A DNA stretch of 64,000 nt from an uncultured Candidatus Saccharimonadales bacterium (GTDB taxonomy: Bacteria; Patescibacteriota; Saccharimonadia; UBA4664). The stretch's first letter is position 1. Every line of letters begins with the position of its first letter. A model generated the notes under the pieces. It was not told the origin of the DNA and did no database searches. It saw only the letters and a list, made by a program, of their open reading frames with translations. This document shows positions 40,683-50,754 of this stretch, one piece after another. The stretch spans positions 12,270 through 76,269 of the forward strand of contig CAZDGK010000001.1 of the NCBI GenBank assembly GCA_964505035.1, in the 5' to 3' direction. Made by a program: the position numbers and the translations under genes.

Positions 40683-41105
40683 ATGACAAAGGGGCCAACG
40701 CCCCGGGCTGTTGGCGCGCTGGTCATAAGCCGCGATCTGATCCTGCTCATGCGGCGCGGCCGGGCCGTGCTCTGGTCCGCACCGTGCGGCGAGCTCTCCG
40801 GAGCAGACCAGGCTGCAGCTGCCACTGAATTGGCCAAGAAACAGGCCTATGCCATCGTGCAGCCGCAGCGGTTAGTCGGCATCACCACCGATTTTGGTGA
40901 CGTTCTCGGCCCAATCGCCTGGTGGAGCTGCACTCTGCTGCAGCCACTGCCGGGTAGCGATGATCCCAGCTATCAATTGCTGGGAGCCGACTACCGGCAC
41001 CTGGAGTGGGTCAAACTCCAGGACGTCAGCCACTACCCGCTAGTCCCGGCGTTGCACCAACTCTTCGCCGGGCACTACGCCAACCTGGAGCTGTTCTTCA
41101 GCTAG
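40683..41105 (+). CDS. NUDIX-fold protein with degenerate Nudix box
   Basis: AVGALVI....ILL.RR....WSAPCG and C-terminal LEWV; the REUxEE residues are not conserved. Confidence 0.55.
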   Translation: MTKGPTPRAVGALVISRDLILLMRRGRAVLWSAPCGELSGADQAAAATELAKKQAYAIVQPQRLVGITTDFGDVLGPIAWWSCTLLQPLPGSDDPSYQLLGADYRHLEWVKLQDVSHYPLVPALHQLFAGHYANLELFFS

Positions 41106-41171
41106 ACTAAGCCGGGGGGTCGCCACATTTGGCACCTCCGGCTTCTCCATATTCAGACTATAATGACAATT

Positions 41172-42419
41172 ATGAATCAACTTGTCCGCCTCACTCGCCA
41201 CGAAGCCGCTCGCCAACGAGACACCCTCAATCTCATCGCCTCCGAGAATTATCCCTCGCCAAGCACGCTGGCACTCCTTGGTAGTGTCTGGTCAAACAAA
41301 TACGCCGAGGGGCAGCCCGGCAAGCGCTATTATGCCGGCAATGTCTATGCCGACGAGCTGGAGAGTTTCGTCCAAGCCAAAGCCCTAGCCATCTTCGACT
41401 CCACCGGCGAGTATGGCGCAAATGTCCAGGTATTGTCCGGCTCGCCCGCCAATGCCACCGTATTCCTCGCTGCCCTCGCCGCCGGCGACACCGTCATGAG
41501 CCTCAATCTCGCCAATGGCGGCCACCTCAGCCACCTGCACGCCACCTCCAACTACCTCAAGTTCTTCCGGCTCATCAATTATGACGTCGTGGCCACCGCC
41601 CACGGCTACGAGATCGACCAGGCCGACTACCAAGCCAAATTGACCGAGCACCAGCCCAAGCTCGTCATCATCGGCTTCTCGGCCTACCCTCGCGCCTACC
41701 AGTTTGAGCCTCTCATCAAGCTTGCCCACCGGCATGGCGCGCTGGTGCTGGCCGATATCGCTCACATTGCCGGCCTAGTGGCCGCTGGTCTGCACGACAG
41801 CCCATTCAAACCGGGCGCAGCCGGCGCCGATTACGTTTCCATGACCACCCACAAAACCCTACGGGGGCCCCGCGGCGCCCTACTCTTTGCCAAGCACCAG
41901 CACCTCGCCGAACTCAACCGCACCGTCTTCCCGGGCACCTCGGGCGGTCCGCACCTGCACCAAATCGCCGCCACCGGCCAGGCCTTGCTCGAGGTGCTCG
42001 GCGAGGACCAATACCCCGACCGCCGGCCGTTCCCAGAGTATGCCAAGGCCATTATCAGCACCTGCCGCGCCCTTGAAGCCGGGCTAAACGATGGGGGACT
42101 CGCCGCCATTTCGCCCACCCAGACCCACCTCACTCTCACCCAGCTCCCACCCGAGCTCGATAGTCTCGACGTCCAGCGGCGCCTCGAGTCGCTCGGCCTC
42201 ATCCTCAATCGCAATCTCATTCCCTTTGACGCCAAGACCGCCTGGCGCCCCAGTGGTTTGCGCCTCGGCACCGCCGCGCTGGCCAGCCGTGGCCTCACAC
42301 CAGAGTCAGCCCGCACTCTAGGCCAGCTCATTGCCGATATCGTCCTGCGCCGCCTACCGGACGCAGCGGCTCAGCGGCGCGTCAAAGACCTGGTCGCCCA
42401 GCTCGCCTGGTGGTATTAA
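41172..42419 (+). CDS. glyA: Serine hydroxymethyltransferase
   Basis: LIASEN, NKYAEG.PGKRYY, GGHLSH, TTHKTLRGPRG, SGLRLGT. Confidence 0.96.
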   Translation: MNQLVRLTRHEAARQRDTLNLIASENYPSPSTLALLGSVWSNKYAEGQPGKRYYAGNVYADELESFVQAKALAIFDSTGEYGANVQVLSGSPANATVFLAALAAGDTVMSLNLANGGHLSHLHATSNYLKFFRLINYDVVATAHGYEIDQADYQAKLTEHQPKLVIIGFSAYPRAYQFEPLIKLAHRHGALVLADIAHIAGLVAAGLHDSPFKPGAAGADYVSMTTHKTLRGPRGALLFAKHQHLAELNRTVFPGTSGGPHLHQIAATGQALLEVLGEDQYPDRRPFPEYAKAIISTCRALEAGLNDGGLAAISPTQTHLTLTQLPPELDSLDVQRRLESLGLILNRNLIPFDAKTAWRPSGLRLGTAALASRGLTPESARTLGQLIADIVLRRLPDAAAQRRVKDLVAQLAWWY

Positions 42420-42427
42420 CTTTAAAA

Positions 42428-42459
42428 CCGGCTGCCGAGTAATCCTCGGGCAGCCGGTC
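42428..42459. terminator. Terminator hairpin between convergent genes
   Basis: CCGGCTGCC/GGCAGCCGG inverted repeat. Confidence 0.65.
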
Positions 42460-42472
42460 AGTGGGGTAGCGT

Positions 42473-43681
42473 TCATATGCTAACCCGCAGCCTGACAGGA
42501 GCATTTACCACTTCCGCGTATAGTTCCGTCATAGCTTCTGCCGTGTGGTTCCAGCCGTAGCGGGCATGCACCCGCCGCGCCGCCGCCTTGCCGTACTTGC
42601 GACGCAGCGCCGCATCACCAAGCAGCTCGCTGATAGCGCTAGTCAGCCCAGCGCGATCGCCCGGCATAACCTGCCGGCCGGTACTGCCATCTACCACACT
42701 GTCAATCAGACCTCCCACAGCATAGGTTACCACCGGCACACCACAGGCCATCGCCTCTAGCGGCGTCAAGCCAAACGGTTCATACCAGGGTGTGCACGTC
42801 ACGAGGTCGGCCGAGCGGTACCAGCTCGCCATCTCCGATGCCGGAACCGCACCCACCAACTGCACCTGATCGGTCACACCGAGCGCGTCAGCCAGCTGGT
42901 ACAGTCGCCTAAACTCCGGGTCACGATCAGCCCCATGTTCGGGCCCGCCCACCACCACCAGCTCGACGCCGGGCAGGTTAGGCAGGATCCGAATCACCTC
43001 CTCGAACCCCTTGCGCGGAACGGGTCGGCCAACTGCCAGTAGCCGGGGCCCGGTCTTATTGACCGTCGGCCCGCGCGGCTGAAACTGGTTCAGATCAATG
43101 CCGGAAGGAATGAGCCGGATTTGGGTAGCGGGGACGCCAAGAGCCATTAGTTCGGCCACCTCATCGCTACATTGAGCCACGACTCGCTGCACCACCAGGG
43201 CCAGCTGCCGTTCAATCGACATCCGCCCCGCCGGACTAGTATCGTCCTGGCGCTGGAAACGTCGCTTGACGTTGCCGTGAGCATGATAGGTCAGCACAAC
43301 CGGAATCTGCCGCGGCATCGCCCCCCGCAACGCCGCGATTCCGCTCATCCAGAAGTGGGCATGAACCACATCCGGCCGCCTCTTCGACTCCGCAAACCGA
43401 CTGCTCAGCCAGCTGCCAAATGGCACCATATAGGGCATGAGCTCGTCCTTGGGCACGCCTTCGGGAGGACCCACGGGCACATGCACCACCTCATACCCCC
43501 CTGGAGCGCTGATGCGCCCGGCCCTGACCATGCTGTCGCGCCGGGTGTAGACCGTCACTTCGTGACCCACCGCCACCAGCGCCGCAGCCAGACCGGCCAC
43601 GTGTCGATTTTGCCCACCGGCGTCAATTCCGCTAATCGTTGCCAGCGGGCTGGCATGCTCTGACACAAGTGCAATCCTCAT
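42473..43681 (-). CDS. GT4 glycosyltransferase, MshA-like
   Basis: SEHASPL....DAGGQN, HAHFWMSG, RKG, YEPFGL.PLEAMACG. Confidence 0.9.
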   Translation of the reverse strand: MRIALVSEHASPLATISGIDAGGQNRHVAGLAAALVAVGHEVTVYTRRDSMVRAGRISAPGGYEVVHVPVGPPEGVPKDELMPYMVPFGSWLSSRFAESKRRPDVVHAHFWMSGIAALRGAMPRQIPVVLTYHAHGNVKRRFQRQDDTSPAGRMSIERQLALVVQRVVAQCSDEVAELMALGVPATQIRLIPSGIDLNQFQPRGPTVNKTGPRLLAVGRPVPRKGFEEVIRILPNLPGVELVVVGGPEHGADRDPEFRRLYQLADALGVTDQVQLVGAVPASEMASWYRSADLVTCTPWYEPFGLTPLEAMACGVPVVTYAVGGLIDSVVDGSTGRQVMPGDRAGLTSAISELLGDAALRRKYGKAAARRVHARYGWNHTAEAMTELYAEVVNAPVRLRVSI

Positions 43682-43860
43682 GCCGCACCCCCCGTTGGGT
43701 TGCAACATCGGGGATCAAGGTACTTCACCGGACACTCCCTTCTATTTGTGAGAATTAGCGCCAGCCGGGGCACTCTACCACAACCTTTGCCAACACGCAC
43801 CGTTAGTACTTACAAAAGCTTGACGCTCACGCTCAAATCCGCTAATATTACTCTCGTTCA

Positions 43861-43970
43861 CCGTAGACAGTGGCCGTGCTGGTAACCACCAGTGCTTAAT
43901 CCGCCACCGAGGTAATCCACAACCGGATAACTTCAAACTGTCTCTTTGGTGTTCGCCCAAGAGATTTTTT
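43861..43970 (+). promoter_or_regulatory. L10 leader with attenuator hairpin
   Basis: CCGTAGACAG.GG...TTAAT..CC.CCGAGG motif, then TCTCTT/AAGAGA followed by T6, upstream of rplJ. Confidence 0.85.
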
Positions 43971-43997
43971 AAATGCTTAAAGCAAAAGGGAAGTGAC

Positions 43998-44528
43998 ATG
44001 GCCATTTCTCGTGAGGCCAAGGAGTCGGCGGTAGCTCAGCTAACGCAGGACCTCAGCCACATCAAATTGGCCGTCATGACCGACTACCGCGGTCTCACCG
44101 TCGGTGAAGTAGAGGAGTTGCGCAATCTGCTCCGTGCTCAGGGTATGACCTACCGGGTCACCAAGAACACGCTGCTGCGCATCGCCACCAAAGCCAATGC
44201 GGCCCTGGCCGACATTGACCCACAGAGCTTCACCGGCCCCATGGCCCTGGCGATGGGCTTTGATGATGAAGTGGCTCCGGCCCGCGTCATCTTCCAGTAC
44301 GCCAAGGCGCATGACGCGCTTGAGGTGGTAGGCGCCATCACCGGCGACGGACAGCTATTATCTGCCGCCGACGTGAAGGCCCTGGCCACGCTACCCACTC
44401 GCGAGCAACTCATTGCTCAGGTGGTCGGCACCATCGCGGCACCCCTCACCGGGTTTGTCGGTGTCATGGCGGGCAACGTCCGCTCCATCATTAATGTTCT
44501 AAACGCTCTGAGCGAAGCTCGGGCCTAA
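43998..44528 (+). CDS. rplJ: 50S ribosomal protein L10
   Basis: DYRGLTV, V.KNTL, LA.LP.REQL. Confidence 0.98.
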   Translation: MAISREAKESAVAQLTQDLSHIKLAVMTDYRGLTVGEVEELRNLLRAQGMTYRVTKNTLLRIATKANAALADIDPQSFTGPMALAMGFDDEVAPARVIFQYAKAHDALEVVGAITGDGQLLSAADVKALATLPTREQLIAQVVGTIAAPLTGFVGVMAGNVRSIINVLNALSEARA

Positions 44529-44550
44529 GCAATAGCAAAGGAACCTATCA

Positions 44551-44994
44551 ATGGCAGAAGACAAGGTCGAAACGACCGAAACCACCGAGACCGAAACGGT
44601 TGAGATCCCCAAGAAGTTTAAGGAGCTAGTCGAGGCTATCGACAAGCTCAGCGTGCTGGAGCTCAGCGAGCTCGTCAAGGTGCTCGAGAAGCACTACGGC
44701 GTGTCCGCTGCCGCCCCCATGGCTGTAGCCGCTGCTCCGGCCGCTGCTGGTGACGGCGAAGGTGCCGCTGCCGCCGAGGAGAAGACCACCTTCACCGTGG
44801 TACTAGCCGACGCTGGTGCCAACAAGATCAATGTCATCAAGGCCGTTCGTGAGATCACCGGCCTGGGCCTGGCCGAGTCCAAGGCTCTGGTCGACGGCGC
44901 CCCCAAGCCGGTCAAGGAAAATGTCTCCAAGACCGACGCCGAAGACGCCAAGGCCAAGCTGACCGAGGCCGGCGCCACCGTCGAGCTCCAGTAA
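44551..44994 (+). CDS. rplL: 50S ribosomal protein L7/L12
   Basis: [29 protein letters not shown]. Confidence 0.99.
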   Translation: MAEDKVETTETTETETVEIPKKFKELVEAIDKLSVLELSELVKVLEKHYGVSAAAPMAVAAAPAAAGDGEGAAAAEEKTTFTVVLADAGANKINVIKAVREITGLGLAESKALVDGAPKPVKENVSKTDAEDAKAKLTEAGATVELQ

Positions 44995-45012
44995 GCCAGT
45001 CCTGTCCATACC

Positions 45013-45040
45013 AAAAATGAGCCCACCCGGGCTCTTTTTT
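45013..45040 (+). terminator. Terminator after rplL
   Basis: GAGCCC-ACCC-GGGCTC followed by T6. Confidence 0.75.
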
Positions 45041-45054
45041 GATATGATCGGCGT

Positions 45055-45834
45055 ATGACACCCGAGAATGGACCCAACCAAGCCCACGAGTTTACCGCCA
45101 AGGACCAAGCCGAGCTGCTATCCCTGCTCGGCCACCACGATGCCGAATCGAGCACCGAAGGCGTCGAGCACCTCGAGCCAGCCACCGGCAGCGACATGTT
45201 CCGCGACTTCCAAGCCACCTTCATGCTCGGCAATGGCGGCGCCACTGGCCAAGAGGCCGCCATGCGGCTGATGGCCGGCGCCTACCGTCGCAACACTACC
45301 GGACCAGAGCTCCAAGCCGCCACCGCCGAAGCCAACCAGCGTATCGCCGACCTACGCATACCCAATAAGCACGCGCCCATACCGGTTGCCCAGTACGGCG
45401 CTTATGCCATCAACTCAGCCGACAATCTTCTCAAGGGCAGCTCCTTTGTCGATCGCTGGGCCGTTTTTCAGGGCCTCATTCTTGGTCAGCTGACACCACC
45501 CAGAGCGGCCACCCAGCAACAGCTCAGACAAGACATCATTACCAGCGCACTCCAAATGGATGTCCGCTACATTACTGAAGGCCGGAAAGGACGCGAGAAG
45601 AGTGGCGACCCTCACGAGAGCATCTATCGCGAATATATCCTCGGCGACAGTCTGCGTGGCAGTGATTACGTCATCGCACTCCGGGATGCTCTGCGCGAAA
45701 CCGCCCTCGAAATGGTCCAGTCCGGCCACATGCCGCCCCAGCTAGCCGAAGTTGTGCAGCTATGGGAGGCCCATCATCCCGGCCAGCGTTTCTTTGATCT
45801 GCCCGCTCCGCGCCAGCGCCCTAAATCAAATTGA
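45055..45834 (+). CDS. Hypothetical protein
   Basis: 259-aa ORF; TATGAT 6 nt upstream; downstream hairpin at about 45836-45860. Confidence 0.65.
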   Translation: MTPENGPNQAHEFTAKDQAELLSLLGHHDAESSTEGVEHLEPATGSDMFRDFQATFMLGNGGATGQEAAMRLMAGAYRRNTTGPELQAATAEANQRIADLRIPNKHAPIPVAQYGAYAINSADNLLKGSSFVDRWAVFQGLILGQLTPPRAATQQQLRQDIITSALQMDVRYITEGRKGREKSGDPHESIYREYILGDSLRGSDYVIALRDALRETALEMVQSGHMPPQLAEVVQLWEAHHPGQRFFDLPAPRQRPKSN

Positions 45835-45872
45835 AGCCCCCCGACCATGCGTCAGGGGGCAAAAGGGCAGGC

Positions 45873-46181
45873 TCATTCCGCCAGCAGGATCCGCACTGAC
45901 GGACAATCCGCCAGGCTGCTCAGCAGCACGTCGACACCCAGTCGCTCGTCTTCGATCCGGGCCTGTCCCAAGTCCATATGACTGGGCAAATCCTTGATCT
46001 TGTCCGTGCACCTAGGGTCGATAACCAAATGTGGCTCCACCTGAAATGACAGAATTGCCGGCCCGAGCACCAGCCATTTAGCTGGCTGCAGGTCGCCAAT
46101 GTCAACCAGGCAGTCGATCACACTGAGTTCGCCGGGGTTGAGCGGGTGGCTGTCTGCGTCGATCGCAAACCGGACCCACAT
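45873..46181 (-). CDS. Hypothetical protein
   Basis: GAGGAGG upstream; fills the gap and ends near a shared hairpin. Confidence 0.45.
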   Translation of the reverse strand: MWVRFAIDADSHPLNPGELSVIDCLVDIGDLQPAKWLVLGPAILSFQVEPHLVIDPRCTDKIKDLPSHMDLGQARIEDERLGVDVLLSSLADCPSVRILLAE

Positions 46182-46256
46182 ATACTCAAGACCTCCTCGG
46201 GTCTAAGACGCGCCTCAGGTTTGTTATATACTAAGTCTGACATTGGAGGCAATATT

Positions 46257-46667
46257 ATGGACCACACCACGTTAAACCCGTACCTCAACTTTGGTGGCAA
46301 CGCCCGCGAAGCCATGGAATTCTACCACGGCATCTTTGGTGGCAAGCTCGACATCCAGACCTTTGGCCAGACCCCCGGCATGGACGTGCCAGCCGGCTAC
46401 GAGGACAAGGTGCTGCATGCCCATCTGAAATTTGGCCAGGTCATCATCATGGCCTCCGAAACCCAGCCCGGCACCCAGCCCGTAGTTGGCAACAACGTCC
46501 ACCTCAGTCTCAACGGCCAGGACAAAGAGGTAATCACCCAGTGGTTCAATGCCCTAGCCGAGGGCGGCAAAGTCGACATGCCTCTAGCCGAGCAATTCTG
46601 GGGCGACACATTTGGTATGCTCACGGACAAGTTTGGTATCCATTGGATGGCCAATATCGAAAAGTAG
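46257..46667 (+). CDS. VOC/PhnB family protein
   Basis: LNPYL.F.GNAREA..FY..IFGG, FWGD.FG.L.DKFG..W. Confidence 0.92.
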   Translation: MDHTTLNPYLNFGGNAREAMEFYHGIFGGKLDIQTFGQTPGMDVPAGYEDKVLHAHLKFGQVIIMASETQPGTQPVVGNNVHLSLNGQDKEVITQWFNALAEGGKVDMPLAEQFWGDTFGMLTDKFGIHWMANIEK

Positions 46668-46740
46668 TTTTGACTTTGTTCGTGGGCTGTAGTATTAATA
46701 AGGCCAGTTGGAGTTATACCTAAAACAAAGGGATGGTGGA

Positions 46741-47271
46741 GTGGCCGAATTTACCGACAAGCAGTTAAAGACTCTCAAAAAATTAATCGAAACCGCCGAG
46801 ACCAATCTGGCGGGGGCCAAGGAATTATTAACGAGTCTAGTCGGCTCAGACGATACTGTCGCGCCGGCCTCTGCCGTGAACGCCGCCAAAGCCGGCGATA
46901 TGAGCAGTGGCAAAGTCATCGAGGGTGCCTTCGACGGCCAACACATGATCGGCCCCGACGGCAAGAATTATCCTGTGCCCGCCAACTACGCATCCAAGAG
47001 CAAGCTGGTCCAGGGCGACCTGCTCAAGCTAATCATTGGCGATGACGGTAGTTTCATCTACAAGCAAATCGGCCCAGTCGAGCGCAAAAAGCTCATCGGC
47101 ACGCTCAACCTCAAGGACGGTGCCTACTTCGTGGAGGCCCGCGGCAAGGAATATCACGTTCTATTCGCCAGCGTCACCTATTTCAAGGCTCAGCCAGGCG
47201 ACCAAGTCACCATGGTGATCCCCGACGAGGGCGACGCCGACTGGGCAGCCATTGAAGCCGTCATCGGCTAA
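46741..47271 (+). CDS. Conserved hypothetical protein (CPR-typical)
   Basis: EG.FDGQ.M.G.DGK.YPVP.NYASKSKLV.GD.LKL motif. Confidence 0.75.
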   Translation: MAEFTDKQLKTLKKLIETAETNLAGAKELLTSLVGSDDTVAPASAVNAAKAGDMSSGKVIEGAFDGQHMIGPDGKNYPVPANYASKSKLVQGDLLKLIIGDDGSFIYKQIGPVERKKLIGTLNLKDGAYFVEARGKEYHVLFASVTYFKAQPGDQVTMVIPDEGDADWAAIEAVIG

Positions 47272-47326
47272 TGTTATAACACGTAGACACCAGCCAGCTC
47301 TTTGACCGCACGAATCGAGGTGAGCT

Positions 47327-47668
47327 ATGACTGGCACCGCCGAGCAGACATTGCTCGTCACGGACGGCCCCAAGCAAGGCGCCCTGCTGCGGCTAGGCCT
47401 GTTCTGGATCGTCTCCAGTTCTGGGCCTCCCCGCGCTCTGCTGCTGCGGGCGTGGCTGGATGGGCGCAATACCCACCAGCTCTTCACGCTCATGGCAGAG
47501 CATTGGCAGGAAAATACACCCGGACAATGGGTACTGCACGGCCAGGTGTTCGACACCCTGCCCGGAGGAGATCCCAGCGAGTCGCTGGGCCTCTACGTAG
47601 TGCGCTACAACGCCTGGTCGGGCCAAGGCTTCGGCCGTCCAACCTCACCGGCGCCCCATCTCGTGTGA
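47327..47668 (+). CDS. Hypothetical protein
   Basis: GAGGTG SD; fills the intergenic gap. Confidence 0.5.
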   Translation: MTGTAEQTLLVTDGPKQGALLRLGLFWIVSSSGPPRALLLRAWLDGRNTHQLFTLMAEHWQENTPGQWVLHGQVFDTLPGGDPSESLGLYVVRYNAWSGQGFGRPTSPAPHLV

Positions 47669-47805
47669 TGGGGCGCCGCCCCTTTTCGGCGCTAGCCGAT
47701 AACCTCATGATATACACAGCTCAGTCTACCAATATTGGGATATACTAGAACCAGATGCGATTTCGTATTTAAGCAAATTCGCAAAAGAAGTGGAGAGTGG
47801 AAGGG

Positions 47806-49299
47806 GTGGCTGATCTGGCACTGTACCGGAAGTACCGGAGTGCGCACTTTGACGACGTCATTGGACAAGACCACGTCGTTAAAACCATCACAACTGCCAT
47901 CAAAAATGGCCGGTTGTCTCATGCGTACCTGTTTACCGGCCCAAGAGGGGTGGGGAAGACGAGTGTCGCTAGGCTATTAGCCCGCGCTCTCAACTGCACG
48001 GATCAGCAGTCTAGACCATGCAATGAGTGTGCCAATTGCAAGGCCAGCCTAAACGCCTCTCTCGACATCATTGAAATCGACGCCGCCAGCAACCGGTCGA
48101 TTGACTCAGTGCGAGAGCTTCGCGACAAGATCAATCTGGCGCCGGCCATCGGCAGCTACAAAGTCTACATCATCGACGAGGTCCATATGCTAACCAGTGA
48201 GGCTTTTAATGCGCTGCTGAAAACGCTTGAGGAGCCACCCGCCCATGCTGTATTCATCCTGGCGACTACCGAAGCCCACAAGGTGCCCGAAACGATCATC
48301 TCCAGAACCCAGAGATTCAACTTTAAGCCCATCACCCCGGCCGACATCATCAAACACCTAGAAATGATCGCCAAGAGCGAAAAAATCGCCATCGAGCCCG
48401 CCGGCCTCGAAGTCATCGCTGGCGTAGCGCGCGGCAGCTTCCGTGATGCCATCAGCATTCTCGACCAAATGAGCTCCAGTGGCGAGCAGCCCATTACCGC
48501 CAGCGGCGTGCGGCTGCTCCTAGGACTTAGCGATAGCGAAGCCGTCGCCACCGTCAGCCGCGCCATGGCAGCCGGCGACGCCAAGGCCGCTGTCGAAGCG
48601 CTCACCACCGTGCTAGCAGGCGGCGCGCAGCCCGGCCAGATCGCCGCTCAGCTGGCCAGCCAATGGCGCGAAGCGCTGCTGGTCACCGTCGGCGCCGCCA
48701 CGGCCACCGACGACACGACCCGCGACCTTGCCGCCCAGCTCTCACCCTCAGCCATCGGCACCATCATCGAGGAATTGCTGGCTGTCACTCGGTCACACTG
48801 GCCACGCGAGAGCCTTGAAGTAGCCGTGATTCGCCTGGCCGCGCCAGCCGCCGAGCCACCGCGCCCGGCCGCCCCGGCGCGCGCTCAGGCCACCACCGCC
48901 GCGGGCGCCACCACTGCTCCTGCAGCCACCGCGCCCACTCCAGCCGCTCCGACTAGTGAGCCGTCAGCCGACGTCGAGCTCTGGCCCAAGGTCCTCGTCA
49001 TGCTCAAGACCAAGAATAACTCGCTCTGCGCTCTGCTCCAGATGTACCCTGTCGAGTTCAAAGACGGCAAAATCGTCATCAAGTCCCGCTTCAATTTCCA
49101 CCGGGACCTGTTCCTGAAGGTCCAAAACCGCTCCGTCATTGAGGATGCCGTCCAGAAGGTCTACGGCCGCCCCATCCCAGTCACCGCCATCACCGACGAG
49201 GCCGCCGCTGGCCGCCCCGCCAAAAAACTCGCCGACCCCAGTGCCGAGCTCATTTCCTCGGCCCTGGAGATCCTGGGTGGGGAAGTAGTGGAGGAATAG
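47806..49299 (+). CDS. dnaX: DNA polymerase III subunit gamma/tau
   Basis: LYRKYR, GPRGVGKT, C..C..C, EIDAASN, DEVHML, LLKTLEEPP. Confidence 0.98.
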   Translation: MADLALYRKYRSAHFDDVIGQDHVVKTITTAIKNGRLSHAYLFTGPRGVGKTSVARLLARALNCTDQQSRPCNECANCKASLNASLDIIEIDAASNRSIDSVRELRDKINLAPAIGSYKVYIIDEVHMLTSEAFNALLKTLEEPPAHAVFILATTEAHKVPETIISRTQRFNFKPITPADIIKHLEMIAKSEKIAIEPAGLEVIAGVARGSFRDAISILDQMSSSGEQPITASGVRLLLGLSDSEAVATVSRAMAAGDAKAAVEALTTVLAGGAQPGQIAAQLASQWREALLVTVGAATATDDTTRDLAAQLSPSAIGTIIEELLAVTRSHWPRESLEVAVIRLAAPAAEPPRPAAPARAQATTAAGATTAPAATAPTPAAPTSEPSADVELWPKVLVMLKTKNNSLCALLQMYPVEFKDGKIVIKSRFNFHRDLFLKVQNRSVIEDAVQKVYGRPIPVTAITDEAAAGRPAKKLADPSAELISSALEILGGEVVEE

Positions 49300-49300
49300 T

Positions 49301-50710
49301 ATGGCAGACCGTCGCGACCAGAGCCGCCAAAGTCAGTTTGAACGCCTCGGCCAAGGCCTCGAGGTGGAGCTGGCGGCCGGCGTGGCCGGCAAGGTCCCGC
49401 CCCAAAACACCGAGGCCGAGACAAGCCTGCTCGGCAGCCTGCTTATCGACAAGGACGCCATCATCAAGATTGCCGACATTGTCACCCCAGAGGACTTCTA
49501 CGACAACCGCCACGCCATCATCTTCAGCGCGATGCTCGACCTCTACGAAAAGCGCCAACCCATCGACCTACTCACCCTCGCCAACAAGCTCCGCGAAGCC
49601 GGTGAGCTCGACCGCGTCGGCGGCTCCGCCCAGCTAGCCGAGCTCACGTCCATGGTGCCCACTGCCGCTCACGTCGCCGAGTACGCCAGCATCGTGGCCC
49701 ACAAGGCCACCCTCCGCCGCCTCATCTCGGCCGCCGGTCATATCACCAATCTGGGCTACGACGAAAACACCGCCCTCGACCAGCTCCTCGACAAGGCCGA
49801 GCAAACCATCTTCGAAGTCAGTCAGAAAAACCTCAAACAAAACTTCATCCCCGTCCGCACCGTCCTCGACGAGTCGTTTGAGCGCCTCAACGAGCTCCAC
49901 TCCAACGCCGGCAAGCTCCGGGGTATCCCCACCGGTTTCCGCGACCTCGATTCCACTCTAGCTGGCCTCCAGAACTCCGATCTGCTCATCCTGGCCGCGC
50001 GTCCGTCCATGGGCAAGACCACCTTCGTCATGAACCTGGCCCATCACGTGGCCGCCAAAGAAGGCATCCCCGTCGGCTTCTTCAGCCTGGAGGTGTCCAA
50101 GGAGCAACTCATCGACCAGCTGCTAGCCATCGAGTCCGGCGTCGACTCCTGGAAGCTGCGCACCGGCGCCCTCGACGACGACGATTTCCCGCGCATCGCC
50201 GACGCCATGGCCCAGCTCTCGGAAGCCCCGCTCTACATCGACGACTCCGCCACCACCAACGTCATGGAAATGCGCACCAAAGCCCGCCGTCTGCAAGCCG
50301 AGCACGGGCTGGGCCTAGTTATCGTCGACTATCTGCAGCTTATCTCCGGCGGCGCTCGCAGCCAGGAAGGCCGCACCCAGGAAGTGAGCGAAATCTCCCG
50401 CCAGCTCAAGGGTCTAGCTCGTGAGCTCGGAGTGCCAGTGGTTGCCCTGTCGCAGCTGTCCCGCGCGGTCGAGTCGCGCAACCCACCCATTCCACAGCTG
50501 TCCGACCTGCGCGACTCCGGCTCCATCGAGCAAGATGCCGACGTCGTGATGTTCCTCTACCGTCCGTGGTACTACGACAAGGAGGCCGACGAAAACCTCA
50601 CCGAAGTCCTTGTCCGCAAGCACCGCAACGGCCCCATTCGCGACATCGAGCTGGAGTTCCACCCCGAGCAGCGCAGCTTCCTCGACCGCGCCGAGCGCTT
50701 CCACGGCTAG
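49301..50710 (+). CDS. dnaB: Replicative DNA helicase
   Basis: AARPSMGKT, VDYLQL, LSQLSR, DLRDSGSIEQDAD, KHRNGP. No intein. Confidence 0.99.
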   Translation: MADRRDQSRQSQFERLGQGLEVELAAGVAGKVPPQNTEAETSLLGSLLIDKDAIIKIADIVTPEDFYDNRHAIIFSAMLDLYEKRQPIDLLTLANKLREAGELDRVGGSAQLAELTSMVPTAAHVAEYASIVAHKATLRRLISAAGHITNLGYDENTALDQLLDKAEQTIFEVSQKNLKQNFIPVRTVLDESFERLNELHSNAGKLRGIPTGFRDLDSTLAGLQNSDLLILAARPSMGKTTFVMNLAHHVAAKEGIPVGFFSLEVSKEQLIDQLLAIESGVDSWKLRTGALDDDDFPRIADAMAQLSEAPLYIDDSATTNVMEMRTKARRLQAEHGLGLVIVDYLQLISGGARSQEGRTQEVSEISRQLKGLARELGVPVVALSQLSRAVESRNPPIPQLSDLRDSGSIEQDADVVMFLYRPWYYDKEADENLTEVLVRKHRNGPIRDIELEFHPEQRSFLDRAERFHG

Positions 50711-50754
50711 CGGCATTGCCCCCGTCCGAGCTATCACCTATACTCAAGACAGTT

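Noticed and set aside
47669-47805. SRP RNA (ffs) upstream of dnaX
   Set aside because: The conserved CAGG-CCGGAAGG-AGCAG loop is absent.
47806-49299. dnaX programmed frameshift
   Set aside because: No AAAAAAG slippery site or long A-run at the expected gamma boundary.
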